Source: Amphiscolops sp. MND2022
Taxonomy: Eukaryota
Reading direction: 5' to 3'
NCBI GenBank assembly: GCA_964187785.1
Contig: OZ076409.1
Coordinates: 11,906,001 to 11,970,000, forward strand
DNA: 64,000 nucleotides
A model generated the notes under the pieces. It was not told where the DNA came from, ran no database searches, and worked only from the letters and a program-made list of their open reading frames with translations. Positions 48,201 through 59,064 of the stretch are shown here, one piece after another. The position numbers were made by a program, and so were the translations under genes. Position 1 is the first letter of the stretch. The number at the start of each line of letters is the position of its first letter.

Positions 48201-51200
48201 AATCAAACTGTTTCTAATTCAAGACATTTATGTACAAAAAGAACAAAGCACTACTGAACCATCTTTAAAATTTGTTGTTGATCAACGGTTTTGAAAAAGA
48301 CGTGAAATGATTGACAATTGAGGAAGCCACATACAAAAATCCACAAATTTGGCAAAAACGAACAAACCGAACGTGTCAAAGGCGTTAAATATCAAAAAAC
48401 TGAATCCGCAGAACAAACAGATAAAATTGAAAAACATGATCAATAGTTGCAAAATATCCCCCCCCCCCCAAAAAAAAAATACTCTGCGACCTGAGGACTT
48501 TTTAATTCGAAATTGCCAATACTAGTAGTGATAACTAGAGGCACCCAAAAGTTACTAGGTTCCATACGTTTACAATTCTGTGACAATTCACTTGCCAGGT
48601 TACATAAAGTTACGATCGTAGAGTTTGATTTTTGCGGTTTCCTGTGTGAGAAAATCCTGATTTCAGCTGTAAATTCTGACGATTTATCTAATTTTTGATT
48701 GGCCAATGCTTATATCTGTTCATTTTCAAATGCGATGGGCTAGAAATTGGCAAATGTTAATAAAATGCCTAAAAGCAGAGCCGGAAACTCGAATTTTGTT
48801 GACATTTTAAAATTTCAAGCATGTATCATTAAAATACAATTTCGAGTTTTTTAAGGTTGATTTGGGTCCCTAGTGATGACATTTATAACATGAAAAAATG
48901 GAGTCGAAAACTTTTTCTCTCCGTTTAATAATTTTGTCGCAAAATTGCAGATATTTCCTGGAAAGAACGAAAAGAGGATGGCTCAGATGCTGGAGGAGAT
49001 TAGACAGACTTGCAGAGACATTATAAACGACAACCTACTCAACAACGGGCAGGGTGGAATTTGCACCAACGTCAACATGTGTGCTCAGTCCCAATCAGGT
49101 AACGGCTTCTGATATCAACACCCAACTTGCACTCATAATTAAAAAGGCTTGAACTTTCACATGAATCAGCATGCATCGCATTTTCTGCATGCAATTTCGG
49201 CATCTGATGCTACTTTCTTTAACAATCGAGAAATTGCCAATAGTCAATCCTTTTGGTCTCACTTCTGCAAAAATTGTCCATTCCGGGAATCGATAATCAC
49301 CATTTCCTGATCTCCAGTCACAGTCACTCCCGCGTTAACCACTAGGCCAAGTGTCGGGACAAGCACGGTAATGGGAAAGCAGTTAGAAATTTATAGAACT
49401 GTCAGTTCGCTGACTAACAGAGAATTTTGAAAATGAGAATTTTGAACAATCTCACAGTGTCGAAAAATGTAAAAGCATTTGGACTTTTTCAACATCCATT
49501 CAGATGCAAAATATCAAAAAAAATTGAAGGCAGGACCCTTTGGAGATATTTAAAAAATTTCCAAAAGTCTCACAAAGCCGAAAACGGGGAAAGTCTCATA
49601 GTGCCGAAAAAAATTGAAAGTGGGAGGGACCCTTCGGCTTTGGAATGGTTTTGTATTTCATGTTAGAGGCTTTAGATGCGTTCAAAATGTAGTACCAAGT
49701 ACTTATGGTAAAAGTGCATAATGCACAAAAAGTGGTACATACAGGGTGAGCTTTTTGGTCTGACGAAAAAAACTAGCCACTGTAATAGTCGGGCCGACTA
49801 AAAACCACTACCGGTCTGCGTTTTATACGTAAAAGCAGACTGAAAATCCGTCCGTTTAAGGATGAGTAATATTTATGCAGCTGCGACAAAATGTCATTTC
49901 ATGAAAATTCGCAAAAATATTCAAATTCCAGTCAATTTCTCACTATCTCATTTTGAACTTCACAAGAATTGCAAAACTAACAGGTTTCGTTCAAAGCATT
50001 CAAAACTTGGCATGTTACCTGAAAAAACAATCTCTATGCTTGGGTTCAAAATATAGGGATAACGAACTTTTGCATCCGCTGAAGCACTTCAAGCTCACAT
50101 ACTAATTGGCCAAAACTCTTAACTCGCTAATCGAATGGTTCAATTTTGCAACTAAGAAAAGAAATTAGCGGTTCAATTTTTCACTCTGCTCACGCAAAAC
50201 CGACGAGCTATTCAAAAGATAAAATCTCTACAAAATAGGCCCCTGCGGGGCAGTATTATTTCTGCTTTAGGCTTTCATTTTCAATAATAGAAGCACATCT
50301 TAATCATTCATATAGCGCACAATTAATCACTACCAGTTTACACCGCCTTTAATTCTTCTCGGACTAAAGAAAATATAACTACTAAGCGTAGACGAAGTTC
50401 CACATTTGTATTTGAATGAAGGCTAAGCTCTCGGCGAACGAATAATTAACGCTCTTTCGCTTCATCTCAATGACGTCAGCGTACGAATGCATAATTACCA
50501 CTCGCTCGTTCCATCGCACGAGAATCGAAATGTCGTCGGCAGCTTGAGAAATTTAATTCTCACGCTTACCACTCACTGTTGAACAAATTGTCTAAATTTT
50601 TCAGTACGTGTTCAAAATCGCGGCGAAAATTGAACTGAAAAAAAGTTGGATTGTTGAGATTTTAATATTATTCCGGCTATCGCAGAAATAATAAAAACGA
50701 AGCACAGAGGGAATTGTTGGAAAATAACTTCAGAAAACCGGCATTACGATGACATGGTTGACGAAGTTCTTGTTATGGTGATGGCGGGTACCGACTCCAC
50801 AGCCAACACATTGGGATTCCTAGTGAAAGAAATGTGCAACTACGCGCCATATCAAGACAGGTAATTGAATTTCAGTTTCCTTCAATCTCATCTTTGCTTA
50901 AGCCGTGCTCAATTGTTTTTAGTTACTAGTCGCCATTGACACCTCTGATTGTATTTGTAACCTTATGACGCATAGCCCCCACCCCAGTTGCACCTCCTGA
51001 AAAACAGGTCCCTCAAGCATTATTGGGGACGTGTCGTTCATAAGATCCACACAGAGGCGAAGCGGTACTTCGCAACACATGACGAAGACATCGATTATTT
51101 TAATATGCGTATATATATTATTTTAATCGCATGCGTATATATTCAACAGTTCAACTTTGTTCAATATCGTCCCTATGGCACACTGGTCAACACTTATGCC

Positions 51201-53376
51201 GTGCAATCGGGAGGCCGCAGGTTCGAATCTCTCGGGGTTTTGGCTTTTTCTAAAAGGCGCTCATTATGAAGTTGACTATAGTGGAAAAAAACTTACTTAG
51301 CTGGACTGCAATGCACATTGACTTCGTCATGTGCAAAAACTTCAACAATATAAAGATGTTCCCTAGATACTTCAAAATTTAGAAAAGAATTCTCATAGAT
51401 AGTGTAAAATGTTTCATCGTCGGTACAGAATGGCGGGAGAAATATTGCGAGCAATGGATGGAGATGACAAAGTGGCCACCAGAAATTTCCTGTCCAAGCT
51501 GGTGTTCACCCAGCAAATGATAAACGAGACTTTGCGCAAATACCCCACCATCTGTGGCACTACAAGGACATGCAAGGAGGACACAGTGATCAGCGGAATC
51601 AAAATACCCGCTAATACCGTTATCATGGTAAGCTCTACACTAAGTGAACCAGAAACGGAACACACAAAATATTCACTCTTCAAAATCGTGATATTTGTAA
51701 ACAGACACTGATAATCTTTCACTTTCACTGTCAACCATCCTCTCATTACGTAATCAGAACTTCAACAAAGAATGAGCCGAACCTTCAGAAACGTCTAGAT
51801 GTCTTCACAAGCCATTTCTTTTCGTTCACACTTTAGATGTGTGAAAATTGATTTGCTTCGAAGAAAAGTTGTCAAACTGTCTGACTGAAAAGTGGAATGG
51901 CAATGTTCAGAGTTGTTTCGAAAAATCCAAAAACTTTACCGGAAACGGTAATTCTGACATTTTTGAGAGAAATTGGACAAAGAAAGAAACTTTAGTCGGG
52001 TATTTCGAAACCCCAATTTCCCGACAAACCCATCAATGGACAATTTTTGAATGCCATTTCAGATAAGCACGTACTTACTTCACCACAACGAAAAATACTG
52101 GAAAAACCCATCCCTCTTCGACCCAGAAAGATTTGCTGCTTCTGAGAAAACTGTGGAAACGGAACCGGAAACGAGCAACAAAAGTGAAGGAAAAGTAAAC
52201 GATGCAACGGAGCAGGAAGTGAACGCTAAAAAGAACTGCTTTCTTCCATTCTCTAAAGGCCAACGGGTTTGCATAGGAGCGAACTTCGCCAAGGTTAACT
52301 GTTTTAATTGGATCCATTTAGAATTCAAACTTCCATCATCAGAAAAATTGGCATGTTCAACGACACAGCAGTCATGACCTGAAATCATGATATTTTAAAT
52401 TTTCGTTGAATGAAACCAAAAGCTTTTCGACTTCCATTTTTTCTTTTCCGACAAAACCGATAGATCCCATTGGAACTTGCTCGAGAAGATTCTTGCTTTC
52501 GTTTTTTTTTCAAGATTTTTGATCCTTCAATGGATCCATGTTTTCTTTCGGTGTAAATTGAGAAATTTCATCATAAATTAGTTTGGCTTTTCCAGTCAAT
52601 GCATCCAGATTTTCGTATTACGTGCTCATTTAGTATTTCTGGACTAATAGTCTGTAAAAATTGCGATTGTTTTGTTGATAAAAGGGAGACCTGTCACCAA
52701 CCACCACCTACAACCAAAAATTCGTTCTTATTGATGCTTAGCAGTGTATTGACTTGCTGGGTGATTATCTCTTTTCACTTAGGACCGCTTTTTGGGACAC
52801 CGCTTTCGCTTAAAGCGCTTTTTAATTTTCGCTTATTCGCTTTTGAAAAGTCTGCTTTTTATCTCTTATGTAACGTAACATTGCTAAAAATAATTTGAAA
52901 AATAAATTGAAGAAACAAGGCTTTCAAGAACAGGAGATTTAGAAAGTACAATTCCACAGTGAGTCGGTGTAAAGATGTTAATTGAGATGTAAGCGGTGAT
53001 CAGCGGTATGTTAAGAGTAAGTGGTTTGATCTAGTTCGTGAACAGCTTCTCTGAACAAATAACGAATCAGCCACTCACACAAGCAATACGCTTTCTCCAA
53101 CTTTGTTAACTTTTAAGTCTAAGTGACGTTTTTATTACATCCGCTTTCGCTTATGTCGCTTTTATTGTATTTGCTCTCGCTTTCGCTTATTTAGCACTCT
53201 CGCTTTAAGCGGGTCAATACACTGATGTTTAGATGGAAATGCAGATTGTGATGGCTCGGCTATTGTCACAATTCCACGTCGAGTGTCTCAGTACCTCTGA
53301 CGACTTCAACGAAGCCTTGGCTTTGAGGCCTGGGGATTCTGTACCAGTGCGCCTGACGAAACTGGTCAAGCATTGA
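36226..53376 (+). CDS. Cytochrome P450, microsomal, CYP46/clan-4-like, 12 exons
   Basis: Exons 36226-36341, 40193-40273, 40614-40695, 42053-42126, 42806-42892, 43854-44001, 48006-48107, 48951-49098, 50734-50860, 51429-51627, 52063-52293, 53233-53376 join in phase. Motifs: TM anchor + PGPP, WAMKR, AGTDST, ETLR, PERF, FSKGQRVCIG. Confidence 0.9.
36354..36701. mobile_element. hAT-type MITE in P450 intron 1
   Basis: TIRs CAGAGTTTTTGACA/TGTCAAAACCGTG; perfect 8-bp TSD GTTGGAAC. Confidence 0.85.
37347..37877 (-). mobile_element. HINE-like family 1 element, decayed
   Basis: AAGTCGGCGTCATATCTAAGGCTCA end and family body; tRNA-like GAGACTCGAAACC inside. Confidence 0.5.
41148..41550. mobile_element. 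MULE/foldback-type MITE with GACATTACGCCCAA arrays
   Basis: Inverted tandem arrays; perfect 9-bp TSD TACGGAAAG. Confidence 0.9.
44557..45051 (-). mobile_element. HINE-like family 1 element
   Basis: AACAAGGCGGGGAAGTCTAAAGTCGGCACC ... GCGCCGACTAAAAA. Confidence 0.6.
45323..46608 (+). mobile_element. Tc1-family DNA transposon in P450 intron 6
   Basis: 52-bp TIRs (CAGT.CTGTGATAAAGAAATGG..., with two internal direct repeats); TA TSD at 45321-22 and 46609-10; empty paralogous site near 50380. Confidence 0.95.
45434..46478 (+). pseudogene. Tc1 transposase with two frameshifts
   Basis: HTH + GRP; WKNVLFSDE; MFWG; QQDNAPAH; WPPNSPDLNIENLW, spread across three frames. Confidence 0.93.
47098..47451 (+). 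mobile_element. HINE-like family 1 element
   Basis: TTTTTAGTCGGCGC...CCGACTA; GCGCCGACTTGAGACGTTCCCGTCTTGTT. Confidence 0.65.
49400..49804 (-). mobile_element. HINE-like family 1 element, truncated
   Basis: Family body; ends TAGTCGGGCCGACTAAAAA. Confidence 0.5.
50253..50693. mobile_element. Non-autonomous element with short TATTATTTCTGC/GCAGAAATAATA terminal inverted repeats
   Basis: Paralog spans about 45068-46817 and carries the Tc1 insertion and an inverted duplication. Confidence 0.6.
51048..51339 (-). mobile_element. HINE-like family 2 with a tRNA-like segment
   Basis: Near-identical to 26041-26342. Confidence 0.7.
52742..53224. mobile_element. hAT-type MITE abutting the last P450 exon
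   Basis: TIR CAGTGTATTGAC/GTCAATACACTG; CGCTT subterminal repeats; 8-bp TSD ATGCTTAG/ATGTTTAG. Confidence 0.85.
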
Positions 53377-53607
53377 GAACTGGAAGGAAACATAGAAACG
53401 CTATTTTCGACTGCATGCTGACTTTCGTATTAACTAAACTTCAAGATTAAAACTTGAAGAACCAAAGAAAACAATTCAAGTTTTATCAGAGCAATCAACT
53501 TAAAATCATACTAGATCATTGGAGCTAGTTACAATGTGTGATTTGTACACCACGCAAGTTCAAGAAAGATTACATACAAATTTAATTTATTGGGAAAATA
53601 TTCAAAA

Positions 53608-54180
53608 TCAAGCAGTTTTTTCCAGGTATTCAACCAAACTTTGCAAGGCTTTGGCTCTATGAGAAACCGCATTTTTCTGATCTTTTGTCATCTCTCCATA
53701 AGTCATATCTGATCCATCGGGTAAGAAACATGGATCCCATCCGAAATCGCGCGCCCCTCGAGGCGTAGCTACTATCTGTCCGTTAGTTCTACCAGTGAAT
53801 AACAACACGTCTTTACCAGGACCTTCGCAATAGGCGAAAATAGTTTGGGCATAAGCCGTTCTATCTTCTTGACCATTGAGGACTTTAGAAATTCCATCAG
53901 GACCCAACTTCGTGAGAAACCATTTGATATATACACCTGGTAACCCTCCCCAAGCATTGAAGCAAAGACTTGTGTCTTCTGTAATGACTGGGCCACATCC
54001 TAAAAGATCCACTGCATGTTTCGTTTTCATTTTTGATACATCTTCAGGGTCGCCTTGCAACTCTGGTAAATCAATATCGAGAGCTTCTATCTTCAAATTT
54101 GTGGACTGAGATAACAGGTCCTGAACTTCTCTAACCTTGTTTTTATTGCCACTAACAAGTTTCAAAATGTTTTTGGACAT
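53608..54180 (-). CDS. ITPA: Inosine triphosphate pyrophosphatase (HAM1 family)
   Basis: SGNKNK, DLPELQG, EDTSLCF, GLPGVYIKWF, FGWDPCF, KNAVSHR motifs; 190 aa; AATAAA shortly after the stop. Confidence 0.97.
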   Translation of the reverse strand: MSKNILKLVSGNKNKVREVQDLLSQSTNLKIEALDIDLPELQGDPEDVSKMKTKHAVDLLGCGPVITEDTSLCFNAWGGLPGVYIKWFLTKLGPDGISKVLNGQEDRTAYAQTIFAYCEGPGKDVLLFTGRTNGQIVATPRGARDFGWDPCFLPDGSDMTYGEMTKDQKNAVSHRAKALQSLVEYLEKTA

Positions 54181-55272
54181 TTCAAGTCCTAAAAAGGTTT
54201 AGCACAGATTACACAATATTCATTTTCTGCTAATACTCCACGCATAAAAAAGCGTTCCACAAAGTACTTGTTTTGGATTTTTCTTCAGCATGACTGCTAT
54301 TTGGGATGTTTTTCTATTACTTTTCTTGACCTCCATAAAAGCATCTATAAATGAATATCTACTGCATCAGCCAATACATATCTCGGCTTACAAGCAGGGT
54401 TGAGAGCCTCAAAGTGTTCCGGCAGATTTTTAAAAATAAGTACTGTTTCATTTCAGGGGGTCGCTGCATATAAATTCGTACCATATTGTAAGAGCCGATA
54501 ACCAGGAGCACTTGGGGGGGGGGGTGTTAAAATCTCAGAAAGAAAAAAAATCGCTACTGACTAAGCATCTTCCCTGACTGTTCATTTGCTAAAACAGTTC
54601 ATGGCTTCTTGGAAAGTAAAAACCAAGTTTTTTACATTTCCAAATGTTGTTACGGAATTGTAATCAACTCCAAAAAATGAAAGGTTCAATTTAAATTAAA
54701 CATGAATTTATTAAGAAAAATGAAAATTAACGTAAACCCGAGCCTCATTTTTGCACGAAAATAGCTTAAGGCAACAAAAGTTCATGTTCTACAGTGCTTC
54801 ACGTCAAAAAAACTTTTCAGCTAAACTAAGATCTTTAATTTTGTCAGGTATCAAAAAAATTTTGATGCTCTAAATTTAATCTACATCTCAATTTTGAATG
54901 ATTTGCTGTCAATGCGTGTTTCAAACTCATTTAATCCTACGTGTATCAACCCCGCAAGAAACAACTGGCAACGCTTGTTGGAAACAACAGAAGCTCATCA
55001 GGGGCTGACATCATGTTGACTCAAATATTGGAAATCTATTCACCAAAACGGAGTTAATTAAATGACAAATAACGATTCAGCGAATTGATTTGCTTTCGGC
55101 ATTACTCTCAAAAATTAGAATATTGACACTATATTATCTTTTACTGACAACAACAATTCTTATTATAAATTACACAAACTTCATTGCAAAACAAAAGGTA
55201 ATAAGTCGGGAAACAAAGCATCAGCATCTGAGAGGCAAGATTTCATGAAAAATTTTCTATATGGAGCAATTG

Positions 55273-55854
55273 TCATCTTCTCGGGGATCGATGTCTGTTG
55301 CTTGAACCATGTCTACTTCTTCGCTTCTGATGAGGAGATGGAGATCTTGACCTTGAAGGAGAGATGAAAAGATTGCGTCCACTTCTTTGAGGCGGACAAT
55401 CTCTTGAGATATGACCTGTTTTACCACAAGTATAGCATGATCTCGTTTCCACAAAACTGCGTCTAGGAACCCTATTAGGACTATCACTGCGATCAGCTGT
55501 ACCTCTAGACTTGGCAAAACTGACCCCTAAACGAGCTCCCTGAAAAGTGGTATTATTCAAAGAGTGGCACGCATCTTCAGCGTCTCGTTCATGCTTGAAC
55601 ACGACAAATCCGAATGTTGGATTCGATTTGGAGAGATAAACACGCTCTTGAAGTTTCCCATACTTCGAAAACAGACTGTTCAAGTCAGAAGAACTAGTTG
55701 AGTCGTGGAAATCACACACATACAAACGATATCCCTTTGAAATACTATCATACTCGCATTTTCCGTGATTTTGTGAACGTGAGCTTTTAGGAGAATTAGA
55801 CCTCGAGTGTGATTTTCTCGAGGTAGATCTACGCTTTGATCTGTGAGAAGGCAT
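55273..55854 (-). CDS. SR splicing factor, SRSF7/SRSF3-like (RRM + CCHC knuckle + RS)
   Basis: RNP2 LYVCDF, RNP1 FGFVVF, DAEDA, CYTCGKTGHISRDC, RS-rich termini. Confidence 0.85.
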   Translation of the reverse strand: MPSHRSKRRSTSRKSHSRSNSPKSSRSQNHGKCEYDSISKGYRLYVCDFHDSTSSSDLNSLFSKYGKLQERVYLSKSNPTFGFVVFKHERDAEDACHSLNNTTFQGARLGVSFAKSRGTADRSDSPNRVPRRSFVETRSCYTCGKTGHISRDCPPQRSGRNLFISPSRSRSPSPHQKRRSRHGSSNRHRSPRR

Positions 55855-57429
55855 AAGAACCTGAAAAGTAAAAAAGCACGATTAAGTTTGACTAATTGAT
55901 GCAAATTATATCAACGAAAAAACCACGAACTCATGGGACCATCAACCAAGCAGCCGTACTTCGAGTTACGATCTCCCCAGCCAATCACTGCATCAGCAAA
56001 AGACTACGTCTACCAGACGTTCGCATATTATTTTGTTTTTTTTTTCAATTTCTAAGTTTAACTTTTTCGTCTCGTTTTCACCGATATTCATAATTGCGAT
56101 GTAACATCTTTGTTTTTAGTGATGATTTAGAAACAGAGTTCCGCGATATTCAAGTGATTGTCGACTAACTTCTGTTCGTACTTCAGGAACATGGAAGTAT
56201 AACAACCCAAGCTCGACATGATTGTGAGAAAATAGCCATTACAGGACTCGAACCTGTATCCCATTATATATATAAATCTAAAACCCCTGGTCAAGGGACC
56301 TGCCTAAACGTGCAGTGATGAAATCCCATCAATAAATAAATAATGAAAGTGCATCTCCAGATTACTGCACCGAATGATTTCGCACCAAATAGATTGACCA
56401 AATTATATCCATATGAATGTATTAATTTATGATTGAGCCGTTAAAGCTATAATTTCATTAAGCACAAAGCATAAATTATCCCATTAAATATCAACAAAAT
56501 TTCAAAAATGCATTTGAACAGCTGGAGTCAGTATAAATACGTGAATTGTTTCAGTTAAACGCGTTTCTTCTACCATTTACAGCTGAAATAGCACTTCAGT
56601 GGTTGTATGCGGGGAATAATCAACTTTTTGAATGAGCAAACGACTTTTCAACTAGCAAACTAACAAGTAAATTAAGCACCAAATCGTATTCTCGAAACTT
56701 TTATTCTAAAAACTGCGCGAGAAACAGAAAACTAAATGCATAAGTAGCACGTTTTTGACTGAGTGCTTTAAGGTGCTAATTGCAACACAAAAAAATTCAA
56801 GTCAACAAGTGAAAAAATTGGATATGTAGTTTTTCGGCGCAAAATCGCCTTTTAACTTTTTGAAACAAGTGAAATCAGTTACTAGTTTGTGAGGTCAAGT
56901 TAAACCTGCGTCTTTACAGAGAGGCAATACAGGAGACTGAGGTTGCTAACAATTCTCTGATGTTATATTCTTAACGTTGCCATTTCAGACAGCAGCCTGT
57001 GACCTCAAAATAATATAAATATTTTTAGGACCCAATCTTACTTCCTAAATTAGACCTTCCTTTTTCAATAATCATGAATAAGCCTCGTATTACAGGATTG
57101 GCTGCTTATAATCGAACGATTATTATCGTTGATTGTAATCAACTTGATTAAAACTATTTTAATCATGGTTGATTGAAAGTCAAAGTAGGCCGGTTTTCAA
57201 TTTGAAGTATTTATTCATTGTACGAATCTGCAGTTTCTGATTTTAGTTCAATCGGAATACGTTCTTATCACTTTAGACTTGCTCATTCGAAAACATAAAA
57301 ATCAGTTTGGAGTTGAAAAACCCCAAAAACTGTTTTTTAATACAGATTTTGAATTTTTTTCAAAAACATTCAGTTTCTGCACGCTGATTTTTATTCAATA
57401 TAACAATTCAAACTTGATTATACTAAATC

Positions 57430-58940
57430 ATTTTCCCGTGTCTTACCCTTGTATTTGAGTTTCCCACATTCATTTGTATGATGCCATTTTGCGTCTAATG
57501 GGTATTATTCTTTTTCATTTGCTTTTTGAATTCAATTTTAGCCATTTCAACCGTTTTTTTGTTTTTCGAGTTACATTGGAGTCTATATATTTTGCGTGCT
57601 TCTCTCAAATTTTTTGATAAGTGAGTCAATTTTTTGCTCCGGTATGGTTTGGAATTATTACAGAGTGTTTTCCGTGGTATCGAATTTTCACAAACTCCTT
57701 TCACTAGGCACATAAATGTTAGGAGAGTTTTCGTAGGTGCTTCCGTTTTCATGCTATTCATGTTTTCCAGCATATTTTCCAGTTGTACACTTATTTTTTC
57801 CCAATTTGCCATTTTGTTGTTTAGCCACACCGTTTTGGATTATCATTTTTCACAGGAATATCTATATCAAATAGAACAGACCGATGACCTTGCTCTGGAG
57901 CACCAGAGAAGAACTCGATATCTTCGATCACTCGTGCATTGCATACCAGATCGGAGCAATTTTGTTCAGTGATGCAAAAATCGATTATGCTGCTACCTTT
58001 TTTGCTTGCTGAGACAAAAGTGGGCTGGTGAGGGCTTATTATAGAAAGACTATTGTCTGCACAGTAGTCGGCCAGTAATTTACCATATTTAATTTCTAAT
58101 TTATCGCCCCATAGCGGATGCCTCGATTTCCAATCCCTGAAGATTATTGGTCCGGTTTTATTTTAGACCAGGAAAATTTATAGTCATAGCTAAGAGAAAT
58201 TGTTTCATAACAAGTTGACTCTGTTCAACTTTTTCCACAATTCCTAGTACATTTCGCAGTTTTTTATCAAATGCTGTGTGATCCTTGCCGCAATTCACAC
58301 AGTAGAGTTCATTTGGTGGGATACAATCTTTCGCATGTTCTTGCTTTTCCTGGCATGTATATTCTTTATGACGGTTTGTTGGGTGCTCGTAGCCACAGAT
58401 GGCACACCACGATTGGTTTCTACAAAATTTGGATACATGGCTACCCCACTGTTGACAGTTGAAGCATTGAATAATCCGTTTGGTGGTACGTTTTGTGTCC
58501 ATCTTGAAGTTTATATACTCTAGCGTAATCCCATTTTTAAGATATTTGTTGAACGTGCATTTTTTCTGGGAAACTAGTTCCACTAAAGGTATGGCCTTTC
58601 CGCCTTTGATGTATCGGATCACTTGAATTTCTTCCCCTTTTTCACCAGCTAAAACATTCTTGATGTCATCAGTGGGAATTTCAACCGGCACTTCTCGGAT
58701 TATACCCCTATGTGATCTGCTTTCATTCAGTGAAAAATCTCTAGTATCTGTCCCGAGAAGATTCGAACACCACTTGTTTTTCACTCTAGTGCAATACTCT
58801 TAGTTGTTAAATAATAGTTCAATCTTGCCAAGCTTGTTGGTAAAGATGAAATCCAGTTTGATACCGGGGAAATGAGTATACAGCCTCCGTTTCTGTAATA
58901 CACTAAAAGAAAGAATATCATCCTCTATTGTGCCAAAAAT
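57430..58940 (-). mobile_element. Decayed non-LTR retrotransposon (ORF1 with three Cys/His knuckles + partial AP endonuclease)
   Basis: QCFNCQQWGSHVSKFC, CAICGYEH, CVNCGKDH; APE-like GDWKSRHPLWG...PTF...SIIDF at about 58140-57975; no RT present. Confidence 0.8.
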
Positions 58941-59064
58941 GTATAGTGTTTGTTCATCAGGATATTTACGATTATCAGTACAAGTTTCCTTTGCATTAGT
59001 GAGAGGTTTTTATGAAACTTTGGATGCATAAGAGGAAATATTGGTATTAAACGAGGTTACTAAT

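Noticed and set aside
56992..57003. GCAGCCTGTGAC matching the LTR terminus of elements A/C
   Set aside because: Only 12 bp; lacks the terminal A and any further LTR similarity.
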